A DNA stretch of 64,000 nt. It comes from Chrysomallon squamiferum (Eukaryota > Animalia > Mollusca). Below are positions 40,561 to 52,318 of this stretch, piece after piece. The DNA is taken from positions 16,244,001 through 16,308,000 of the forward strand of contig CM022671.1 in the NCBI GenBank assembly GCA_012295275.1. Direction: 5' to 3'. A program made the translations under genes and the position numbers. Every line of letters starts with the position of its first letter. The first letter of the stretch is position 1. The notes below the pieces were generated by a model. It did not search any database. It saw only the letters and a program-made list of their open reading frames with translations, and was not told the DNA's origin.

Positions 40561-42164
40561 AGCAATAGTCTTGTTTTCAGAGAAACAGCAATAACATTGA
40601 AACATGACACTAACAACAAACAAACAGTGCTGATCATAAAAGAAGACTGAAGCAAAATAAAACAAGACATACAAGTGAGGAAGTGTAAACAGTGTACCAT
40701 GTGATGTAAAAAAACACACACACCATAAAACACAAGTACAGAAAATCAAGAATGGCATAGTTCTCATTTTGGTCTGTTTAAATCAGTTCAGAAAATAAGT
40801 CAAGAGTGTAAACATCTACAAACATGGAAAGTGAGAAAGGAAGGGTGGAACTGGGCGAGAGAAAGAAGGAGATAGAGAAAGAGAGAGAAGAGGAGGAAGG
40901 GAGAGAAAGAGAGAATTTATATTCTTAAACATTCATCCAGACTTTTAACTTAGAACTCCTGATACCCCAGTATAAACATAAGTTTAAAACAACTTAAAGA
41001 ATCTAGAAGAAAGAAGCATTGTGAAACTGGGTTTTAGGTTTCTGCCTGCCAGCAAATTAGCCAATTATACACAGCATAATATTATGCTAGCTGTGGAAGA
41101 AATCTTATGAAATCTTTCTCAAAGTAACTTTATTCCTTTTCAAACCACATGCTGGGCAATGTATATGGGCTTGACAACACGCTAAAGGCAAGAACTACAT
41201 CTTACACATCTGGGTTGAGGAAAAAAACTGCTCCTGCGGATAAAGCACATGCTTCCATTTAAAAATATTAAAACTTCCTGCAACAGGTGGAGCCAAATGT
41301 AACTATCGAAATGTAGATTTCTAAAAAGATAATAATAAAAACAAATAAATAAAAAAGAAAGAAAGAAAGAAAAAAAAAAAAACAAAAATGACAAATGACA
41401 CCAGACTGCAGCACCATAATAAACATTTTCTATATAAGTTTGAGACAAATAATTGATATTTTATTGCTAGATAGGATGGATAAAATAATGTGTGCAGAAT
41501 TTCATCTACACTAGAATGAATATCTGTACCTCAAGTTCCAAACTCTAGATCAAAATCAGTAAAATACTTGTGTTTTTAAAATGGTTATAGTCACGTTATT
41601 TTAACTTTTATTGTTTAAATAAACAGGTAAGTAGCTATGCAAATAAATAAATAAATAAATTAAAAATTGAACGCAGTAAAAAAAAAAAAAAAAATAAAAA
41701 AAAAAATAATTATAATTTCTAAATTAAAATGGAACAGATTTATGGCAACTTTTGTTTGGGAGACTGGTTTGGTTTTGGTATGATTTTTTTTTTTTTTTTT
41801 TTTTTAACTTTTAATCAGGGGAAAGAAAATGGGTGACATCTACAAGCAATCAAGATCAACTCTTTGCCAGGAACAGAGATGACAATCTGTGATAACAGTG
41901 AGAGAGACAAGAATGTATGGATCAGACCTCCACTGGAACACTGTTCTCTGCTGGAACACATTTAAGAATGTCTGAGAGAATGTACACGTAATCAGCTTCT
42001 CAGACTAAGAATTAATTCACTGTTACTGAACAGACGGTATCTGTTACAAACAGACAGATCTGCATAAAACTGTCACCAACTTCACAGTAGCAGATTTTTC
42101 AGTTGTATACGTGAAATACATCCTCCATATTCATAATCAGTTCCATATAATCTCCTGTATGAAG

Positions 42165-42430
42165 AGCATTTCAGTGTGAAGTGTACCTACATGTGAAGTA
42201 TAATATTAAGTACACCTGTGTGGTGTGAAGTGTACCTACACCAGAAGTTCATTCCTGTTTGAACTGCACTTGTCTCAAATGTACTCCAGTGTGAATGTGA
42301 AGTGTACTCTGGTGTGAAATATTCTTCTAGGTGAAGTGTACTCCAGTGTGAAATATACCTCAAGGTGAAGTGTGCACTCCTTCTCAAATGTACTCCGTCG
42401 TCATGAAGTGATCTCCTGTACGAAGTATAT
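42165..42430. repeat. Degenerate ~17-20 bp minisatellite
   Basis: Recurring GTGTGAAGTGTAC(T/C) core. Confidence 0.85.
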
Positions 42431-45400
42431 TCCTGTGGCACCATATGCATTCGGCGGTGCTCAGTTGTCTGTTGTTTATGGCCACAGTTTATGGGTATCC
42501 TTCCAATTGATTGTCACACTGCCCGCAGATGCTGGCGACAGAACCTGTAATGAACTGGAATTATGGAGCCATTCGGTCTCACTGCACACAGCCAGAGTGA
42601 CTGGGAACTGAAACCACCAGTCCATTATATTGTGAGAATACAGTTTATGTTCAGTGTGCACGTGTCAAATAACTGACAAAAGGCATTCCATTAAAAGACA
42701 CTGTTATAGTGATTGCTGAATAATTTATCAGAACTGCAGTTAATGTTTAATATATTTATCATCTTTTTTTTTTTTTAATTTTGTATTCTCGTTTATTTTT
42801 ATTGTTGTAGTTGTTGTTGTTGTTGTTCTTTTTTAAAACTATTTGTTCCCATTTATTGTTGTTGTTTTTTTAAAATTTACTTCAATATTGAATAAAATGT
42901 TGGGAATCATTTCACTATATTTTAAACGAGATACTACAAAAAAACACACATTTTGAACCATTTTATTTTTAATTTCCTTCTTTTTCCCATCCAAAACGAA
43001 TGGTAGAATTGTTGATTAGATATGTATATAAATGAATGGATATTCCCGAAGAAACATCAATAAAAAAAAATAAAAAATAATAAAAAAAACATACATATAC
43101 ATACATCAAAGGATCACATTAAAATTGAGCCGCTCAACAGAAAGCATAATTCCATGTCGACTCCTTTACTGCGTACGGATGCATGATAAAATAGCAATTG
43201 CATAATATCCATCACCATGCTTCGCTGCCCTTCGTGATGTGCAACATGAGAAGAATTCACGACAATGAGTGTAACAATTCTGTCATGGCTTTCCCCACCA
43301 AAGAAAAAAAAAAAAAAAAACGTGAATGGATTTTTCCGTCACCACTGTTTGAATGATTACCATATAAACATGAATGGCAAAAACAGACATTTGTGCACTG
43401 TGGATATGGAAGTATCAATCATAAACACTTCTGGCTGAGTGGGCCCAATTCGTAGTGCTCGTACCGATTGCTTTTTTTCTTCTTTGTTGCTCTCACTCGC
43501 GATCACTAAATTCATTTTGCAGTATTTTTCTGCTCAGAAGTCTCATTCTCGACACAGACAATGACATCCAACAGACGATGAAATTTCTTCGTATCATACT
43601 GCGGATGATAGTCTTTCATAAACTCCACATGAATTTTTATTGATTTCTTTTTTTATTATTATTTGTCTCTATTAATAATGGGATAATTACAGGACTTTTG
43701 CTTAAATTATGACAAAGCTGATAAAGAAAGAGCCATTATTATTCAGAGTTCATCAAACCGTTTCTTGAAGAGAAAAGTTGTATTTGAAATATTCCCACCA
43801 GTTAATCAATAAAATACAGGCAAGAAGTAAGTTTGCACATTAAGAACAAGTTTCACAGTTTTTTTAATGTTTGACAGGCATTAACTGAATAACAAATATG
43901 AAGGTTAAACAAATAAGCTGTTGTGTCTTGTATTTTACATCAGATGTTTGCAGTAGCCCATCAAATATCCAAATATTTACAACAACCTACATAGTGTATA
44001 AACAGCCATAAATATTTATCTAAAATGGATTCGCTAGCTGTCAGAAGGCAAATTATAATAATAACATAGGTAAAAGAAAACTAATATTAGAAGAATATTT
44101 TTTTTTTTTTTTTTAATTTTAATTTTATTGCTTTTAAGAATATATTATGAAAAACAGTAAGATTTCATAAATGTTAAAATTAATCACTGAAGCATTAAGA
44201 TTTCAAGAATTCACTAGATACTTTCTTTTATTAGTTTGTTATGCAGACACTTTAAACAGTTCGTTAAGAAACAAAAGATGCTATGTACTTCGGTAGTAGT
44301 TGAAAGATCTATAGTGTAAGAGCTGGAGAAGCAGCAGGCTTAGGTCAGACTACAACACAAGACACACATTCCCCACCAAGTGACACTCTGTCATTATGCT
44401 GGGATGCCCCTGTAGCCCTTCAAGTAGATGCTTAGCACTACCCATGGTGACATAAGACCCATTCAGCTGAGAAACCTGTTGGAGAAAAGCAATCACCCTT
44501 TCATATTGGCCAGTCAGTTGTAAAATCGCACATCAAAGATGGCCAATCAATTGAAACCATTATTACAACTTCACGTCACTTGAGAACGAAACCTTGCCCA
44601 GCTCCGCATAGCATGATGCTTCCATACAAATTCAAAGCTGCTTAGTCTGTAAGAGCTTTTTTTTTTTTTTATCCTTGGTAACAATCAAAAAGAATAAAAA
44701 AAGGAAAACTTGAAGAAGAAAAAAGTTTCCCACTTCAGAGTTTATCTAAGGGAAAATTGCTGCATGATGGAAGCTATCAGTGCTGCTATCTGTGACGATG
44801 CCAACAATGAGCAGGCTGATTATAGCAGATAGATGTTTGTAAATGTCGATAATCACAGCTACACATCATGATAAGATGAAGGTGAAATTGCTCTTCAATG
44901 TAATGGTTTTGGAATCAATTTTCCAGCTTTCACTTAGTGTCGTATCAACTATATCTGTCTGCTGACACTTCAGAAAAGAAAAAAAAGTTTCCATCTAAGA
45001 ATGTTATTAACACAGATTAGCATTCAAAAAAAAAAAATATGTGCAAGCTGATGTTCTCTTAACAGAAACTGTAGTATTATTTTTTTCTTCTTCTTCTTTG
45101 CTTTTAATAGAAAAACATGAAAAAGTAACCTGCACATTTGCAGTTTATTAACTTTCAGTAATTTCATCAAACATTAGGCTTCATGTTTTTTTAAACTCCT
45201 CTTAATTAAATGCAGGTATATATGGACTATTTTCTCTATTTTTCAGAGCTCTCTCTAAACACTGATTCACCTATTTGCCTTTTGTGCTAAGTATCATTAA
45301 ACATTCATTCATTCATGCTGTGTTTTAAAAAAAAAATTAGTGACTTTGATTTTTATTTCAGCACTGAACCAGTATCTTACATCAGATGTGAAAATATAAT

Positions 45401-48400
45401 TGTTATTTCATGTTAAAGAACAAAAATACTTGCAAAGCTCTGCGTTAAAGCATGTCAACACTGACTGAATGTAACAGTGTGATAAATGTGGCAACAGATC
45501 TCTTGTAGATAACTGAGTCTGGCAGCCCTGGTGTGAAAATAACACTGTGTTTACACCAACTGTGAGGCTGATTATGCCTACAGTCATTACCAGATTGTCA
45601 GTTGTTTGTTACAAGTGCTGGCTATTAATCTATGAAGCCTGCAGCATTTCAACTCAAATGTAATCCCATACCAGTTATTGTAAAACACGGTTTTAAACTA
45701 ATACGATCAAACACTGCTACAAATACAGTACTGATGGATTATACAGCATTAATCGACAAGAATACTTTATAATGGATGTGATGGGGATGGGGAAGAGTAA
45801 CATTTAAACAATAGTTTTTGCAGAGGATTAGGCTTGCTCAGCTAAGTTCACAGCTCAGTATATGAATCTCCTGAATAAACTCCTAGAATTCAGATCAAGA
45901 AGACTAAATCTTAATTCCTAATACAGAAATACCAATATTACATGAACTGAAATTTTGTTTTAAATAAGAAAGTTGCTTATGATGATGTGCAGTAAGGTTA
46001 AATAATATATAATAGACATATAAATCAATTTGTGTGAAAAATATGTCAGTGAGATTTGAAGTTTATTTAGTTATTTTTTACATTTAAATTTCCCATCAAG
46101 CCTGAGTAAGAAGCAAATTTATCTCAATTCATCTTTAAAATTTCATCAGTAATAAAATGAGAAAACTATTACCAACCATTGAAAACCATTTTATGGTTTT
46201 TTATATTCAATTTCCTCTGTAAAAAATCTTACAGAGAGAGAAGCATTCAAGCAACAGTGAATGGAACAACAATCATACACACACGACAACATACCAGTGA
46301 AACTTTCCACAGAGGATCCCAGCAGTAAATTCCAGCACAGGCAGTGCAGTGCGATCAGAAGGTCCACTTTACAAGAGAATATGCAAGACAAACAGCACGG
46401 CCAGCATGATAGGTGCATTCCATCAACAAGAAAACTCAATATCCCGGCCAGCAATTCAATTTGCCATGACTTCTTCACCACTGATAGTTTTCTCCTTTTT
46501 TTTTCACTTCTTTTCTGTTCACACTGTGATGATTTCCAGTGTTACTCTGTAAAGCCCAGTCCTCCACTGAAGCTGCTGTCTCTGCTGCCACTGACCACTG
46601 TTATAATGAAGAGGAAGGCTTTCAGATATGATTCTCATCTTTAATCAATAACGTGCTAAAAGCAATACATTCACCACAAGCTTCATTTCATTGCCTGCTC
46701 TCGAGCTGCAAGTTAACTAGCTAACATCTACACCGGTCTCACTTTATTTCTTTGTAGTGCTAAACCGATTCATTCAACATGTTGGAGTTGAATGGCAATA
46801 CACATATCTCGTGTTTATTTTAAATTCATTAAATGATATCTGATGGCTGATAAAAGAAGTCAAATTCAGTATTAAAAGAGAGAAAAATTAACTCTAAGAT
46901 AATCAGGTTTTTGAAAACTGTTATTATTGTTACTGTTATTATTACTCTTGTTAGTGTTGTTGTTATTATTAATATTATTATTATTATTATTAGTTATTTG
47001 TTATTTATATTTTTAGTTTGTTAATTTTAAATAAAATTTATTTATGGTCTGAATTATTTCATTTTTCTTCCCTAATTTCTCATCATACTTCTTCAGTTGC
47101 AAAAATTATTTCAAAATGGTAAAAAACTGAAATAGCAGTCAGAAATGTGGAATAAACAAATTTCCTGTGTTGACAACAATTGTACAGTGATAAGCTCCTG
47201 GTGGATGTGGGTTAAACATGATATCTGATAGCCGTGATGTAAATATAGAAGTGGAATACAAACAGCCTATGTGAGAACCGTTTCTGACCAAAGATTTCAT
47301 CGAGGTCCAGGTAAAACAAATAAACACAAATAGTAAAAAGAAACTTGTTTTTACTACTATGAGCAAAAAGTTCTTTTTATCATGCCAAACATTTGTTTTC
47401 AAAGGAAATGTTATATGGGTGTCAGCTGTGGGAATAACGGATATTGCAGACATAAATAGTGAACACTCTGTCTAAACCAGCATCTGTCTAATGTGGATAT
47501 TTCTATGAACAATGCTGAATGAGTTATGAAAAGAAAGGTTTCATTTCAACATGCTTCAGAAGAATTCTGTCAATGAAAAATTCTTTCAGTTCTGGATAAC
47601 AACAGCACAAAATGAGTAAGTTATCAATCAGTGAAATAAAAACTCTGATGAGTGATAACTGTAGTATTTATCCTCTTATTGGCCTTTCTCCAATTCCAGC
47701 CACTTCCTCAACACTAAAATATTATTTTCCATTCCAGCTAGTTCCCCATGACTTATATATTAAAATCCATAGTAATGCTTTCCTCTATACTGGAAATTGC
47801 ACATATAAAAAAAAAATTGTTTCCTAATGATAATAAAAGGACCCTGTGGAACAGTGCTAGAGAATTTTGTCTCATACCATTCTAACAAACTTCTGTCACT
47901 AACCACAGCAGTTTAAACTTCACTGGACTATATTCTGTAATGAAGCTATTTATTTATTTTTTTTTTTTTATTGCTGAGTGTCACATTTTACACCTTGGTC
48001 TAGCAGAGTCTGAACTGCTGTGTGTGTGGGTACAAAGTATCTCAGGCAGGGACAGGTTACTGGGGTGTTCCCAAGTTGTAAAGAATCCAGGTGAAAAACA
48101 AATATATATATATAAAAATAATAATAATAATAGAATAAATAAAATAGATGTCCATGTATGTACCCTCAGAATGATTTTTGAGATAAACTGGATGGATACC
48201 AGTTTCAGTTTTGGTTTTCTTACACAGTGGATATGGTAAAAAAAAAAAAACATTGGTGAAGAGACAGCAGTGCCAAGAACAGTGAATGGTCAATCACTGC
48301 AAAATTTATAATTTCAGATAATAAACAGTTACATGTTGCTTGGGAAACCCCCCTGTTAGCTACTAAAGCATAATCCGTGCCCCTGTGACTGATAATATGA

Positions 48401-48577
48401 CAGTCCACACTGAGAAATGTGTGGCAGGAAGACCCCTGAGAGATAGCAGAAACTCGGGTGACAGGTTTATTCATGACTGTCTATTGCTTTCATTCACTGT
48501 GAATTATTGATGATCATTACAACTCCATAAACACTTGGCTTTCACCCTACAGCATTGATTTCTTTTATGTACCGTCA

Positions 48578-48661
48578 GACTGCAACAATAGGTATACCAG
48601 TAACATTGTTAAAACATGACTGTAACAATAGGTATACCAGTAACATTGTTAAAACATGACT
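48578..48661. repeat. 40-bp tandem duplication (1 mismatch)
   Basis: GACTG(C/T)AACAATAGGTATACCAGTAACATTGTTAAAACAT at 48578 and 48618. Confidence 0.97.
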
Positions 48662-49140
48662 TTTATACACGTGTTTTTTTATCAAAGTGTGATGAGATAT
48701 GACACACAAACATCTAATCATGAGAAAAAATCAGAAAAAATGAAACTACTTCTTACAGAAGATTTTGTGAAAATATGATGTTTATAATTTACAAACAGCT
48801 AAATAAGTGAAAAAGAAAAAAAGAAAATCAAACTGGTTTTGTGAAAGTATGAGTTATGATTGACAAACACTGAATTATGAAAAAAGAAAGAACATGAAAG
48901 TGAATTTCATTGTATTTTTTTTCATGAAAGTATGAGTTATGATTGACAAACATCAAATTATGAAAAAAGAAAAAACAATGAAAGTGAATTTCATTGTATT
49001 TTTTTTTTCATGAAAGTATGATAGTTATAATTTACAAACATTTTATTATTGAAAAAAAGAAAGAAGCTGATTTTTATACATGTTTTTTGTAATCAAAGTA
49101 TGACTGGTATAACATAAAAACATCTATTTATAAAAAAAAA
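48662..49140. repeat. ~83-bp tandem repeat, about 6 copies, central copies most similar
   Basis: TGAAAGTATGA starts at ~48842, ~48925 and ~49011, with shared ATGAAAGTGAATTTCATTGTATTTT; the flanking copies are degenerate. Confidence 0.85.
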
Positions 49141-51807
49141 AACATTACTGCAGTTATGTAATAACATTAAATTTTCAGGTGCTAACATCTGACTTAATTA
49201 ATAACTGCCTTGCTGAACGCCAGGTCAGGTCCCCACATCATCAACACTGCATCAGTCGCAGCACCTACAAGATTACCAGGATCGGATGAAATCCTGTAAC
49301 AATTAACAATGTCCAACAACTCTGACTTCTGACAGTACAATCCTGTTTCTCTTCACCATGTTTTTAATTTGCTCAAACTGTCATTCCAGAGCTATTTTTT
49401 CTTCAGGGTATGGATATCTTCTTGTCTGACAAGATGGCTGATGAATCTTCTGCTTGAGAACTTGGCTTTGTTGGAGATGACTCATCTGACTCTGGGAACT
49501 CGGATATTGTTGGACAAATGACATTCATCAGGTTGTCTTCCCCTCTGCAAACACTTTCTTGAGGATTACTTGAAGCAGACCACTCTGGAATTAAAACTAA
49601 TCTGAACATGGCAGCCACAAACTGCACAACTTTAACAATAAAGAGTCCAGGCTACATTCATCAACTGTGTTGTCAACAAGTGCATTTTTCACATGACAAC
49701 CGACCCTTTCACATCACCGAACTGTCATAGTGCTGGATTTATTATCAACAATAACGAAAGACAAACTTGCAGCGAATAATCCAGGCAATGACTTCGGTAT
49801 TATTACCGAACTGTTTGCCAATACAGGAGGAGGAATACCAAATTTAGTATGATTTCATTGCAGTTGATAAAGTTATGAAGCTGCACATTCATCAGTTATA
49901 ATAATATATGTAATATATTTTTATGGTTTTCATGGCTAATGAAGGACTAATGTTGTAAATATTCATTTTATTTATCAGTTTTCTAAATACTAAATAGACA
50001 AATGTTTTCAAGTATTGTGATATGTTAAATGGTGGGCCACAAATACTCTGCAGATAAAACAGAATGAGTTATTATAAGTAAAGGTATGAAGCCAGCATAC
50101 ATATGCAAATATAGTTTTGAAAAAAGTGTTGATATTTGTACTGTTATGTTTCTTTTTTTCTCAAAGTATCTGCTTTAGCTAACTGAATAAACTGCACTTA
50201 TTGCATTTATTTAAAGTAATTTTTCATGCTCAGTTATTATATATGAATACATATGTACATGTACAGACATATTCACAAACAACACACACACATACACACA
50301 CACAGACAGACATATCTGAAGGAGAAAAAAAAAAAAAAAAATCATTTAATGAATGTGATTAATTACATACCCTAAAATATCTCTCATAGATGTTTTTACA
50401 ATTGAGACAAATTGATTTCCTGATAGTCCATAATTCTTTTCACTTTTGAAGTCAGAGCTACCAGATCTGATTATATGTAACAAGTACAGATGTCTCTGTA
50501 ATTCACTTTGTAAAGACAGACGGTGTAATTTTAACTCTTTGAAGATTAACCTGTACAGTTCAAAAACCCATTTAAGATTTTAATCTCAGTGATTTATAGA
50601 TACGGCTTGTTTCTTCAACTTTTGGCACAATGAAGAATTATATAATTAGACAGAGAGAAAAAGAAAACAATATTTTGAATAATGTTAGCAATTTAGCCCG
50701 AACAGAACTAGACTTTGTAATTACAATTATATAACATCAGTTTATTTTATTATTATTATTTTTTTTTTTTATTATTGCTGTTGTTATCAGACAAGAATGA
50801 AATTTGGGAAAATCAATTTCATGTCAAAACAATCAGGTATAAAATAAAATTCTGTGGGTTTTGTTTTTAGGTTTCTAATAGACAGTTTTGAAACAAAATG
50901 TCCATTTAAAGAAAATTTGGTTGTTACAAATGGATGTTATAATGACAGGGTTACACAAAATTTCTATGGATATCTCATTAAAACACACACACACACACAC
51001 ACACACTTAAATATTTACTGTTTAAAGAACAAAGTAACTATAATGCTTGTAAATATATTCTTCTATTAACATAACAGACACAACAGACACAGAGAATCAC
51101 TACTGGTATAATAAAATATGAAAAAAAGAAGTTTTATTTCCTCCTGTTATTTTGTTTTCTTCAAAAAAGTTAATGATTAAAAACAATAATTCTCAAAAAC
51201 ATATTTAAGTATATCTTTAGACAAATCCATCTCTTAGTCATTTACATTAAATCTGTCAAAAGATTTATATTTAAAAAAATTGAAATTATTTTCTGAATCT
51301 GTCAAACAGGAATGTCTATTTCTGGAAATAAATAAAGGATTTTTTTTTTTATTACTTAACATATCACATATGAATGGCATAAAACCTAAAATTGAGAAAA
51401 TGAAAAATGATTATATAAATCTGCGTAGAAGTGCATTCACTGGTAACATTGATATATTCAGACCTTGGCTGTCACTTCAGTTATATGTCATCTGGATGTG
51501 TTTGTTTCAGTGACTGGAGATCATAATGGAGTAAGGGCTAGAGCAAATAAATGAAAGAATATTCATTTGTTAACACCTGCATAGTGGGTTTTGGGGGTTT
51601 TTTTCAGATGTTAAATATATGATTGTCTATAAAATAGTAAGAACAAGAAAGATGAAACTTGTTTACTATACTCAGGGCTACTTTTACTCTTATATTCATC
51701 TTTCCACAGGCAGGACAGAACTGTCATTAAACCAGTCACAGAGCACTTTCTGGAATGGGAATTAATTGCACGAACTAAATTATTTCCTGTTATTCTCCTG
51801 CACTTAC

Positions 51808-51931
51808 CAAAGTGGTGTCCCAGCTGGTACATATAAAACAACTGACGATGGAGAAAAAAAGTTTTAATACAATTTTTTTGATGTGCAGTTCTATTATTAG
51901 TGTGAAAGCTTCTCATGAAAGCTGGTGACAT
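51808..51931 (-). other. Candidate exon: 34-nt internal exon (51841-51808) or alternative first exon with ATG at 51931
   Basis: Strong donor TTG|GTAAGTG at 51808/51807; acceptor ctttttttctccatcgtcag at 51842; frame open from ATG 51931 to the donor (41 codons + 1 nt); TCAGTT at 51952-51947. Confidence 0.3.
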
Positions 51932-52179
51932 CAGCTGCTGTGAATAAACTGAGTTATATCACAGTGCTGTCAGTATATAATAACATGGAGATTGAAATAC
52001 CAGCAGCACTATAAGATATAACTGATTATGTCTACTTCTGTGACAGGATGTCGGTTTAAAAAAAGAAATCTGCAAGATTTCTCTGTCTGAACCAATTATT
52101 ATGCTGACTCTTCACTTGACATTTTCTATTACAGACTAACAGCTCAATAATTCATGTGAATTTTATTTTTTATTTCCAT

Positions 52180-52318
52180 AATAAATAAATAAACAAACAA
52201 ACAAACAAACAAACAAACAAATAAATAAATAGTATCACTATGTTAATTCATTAAATAAAATAGTTAAATAAATAGTATCACTATGTTAGTTAATTAAATA
52301 AAATAAATAAATAAATTT
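52180..52318. repeat. (AAAC)n/(AAAT)n tract with duplicated AAATAAATAGTATCACTATGTTA
   Basis: Seen directly. Confidence 0.9.

Noticed and set aside
41620-41636. Perfect plus-strand CAG|GTAAGT donor (also GG|GTGAGT at ~17805 and the plus-strand acceptor at ~49406)
   Set aside because: Isolated sites with no matching partner or open exon; expected by chance in 64 kb.
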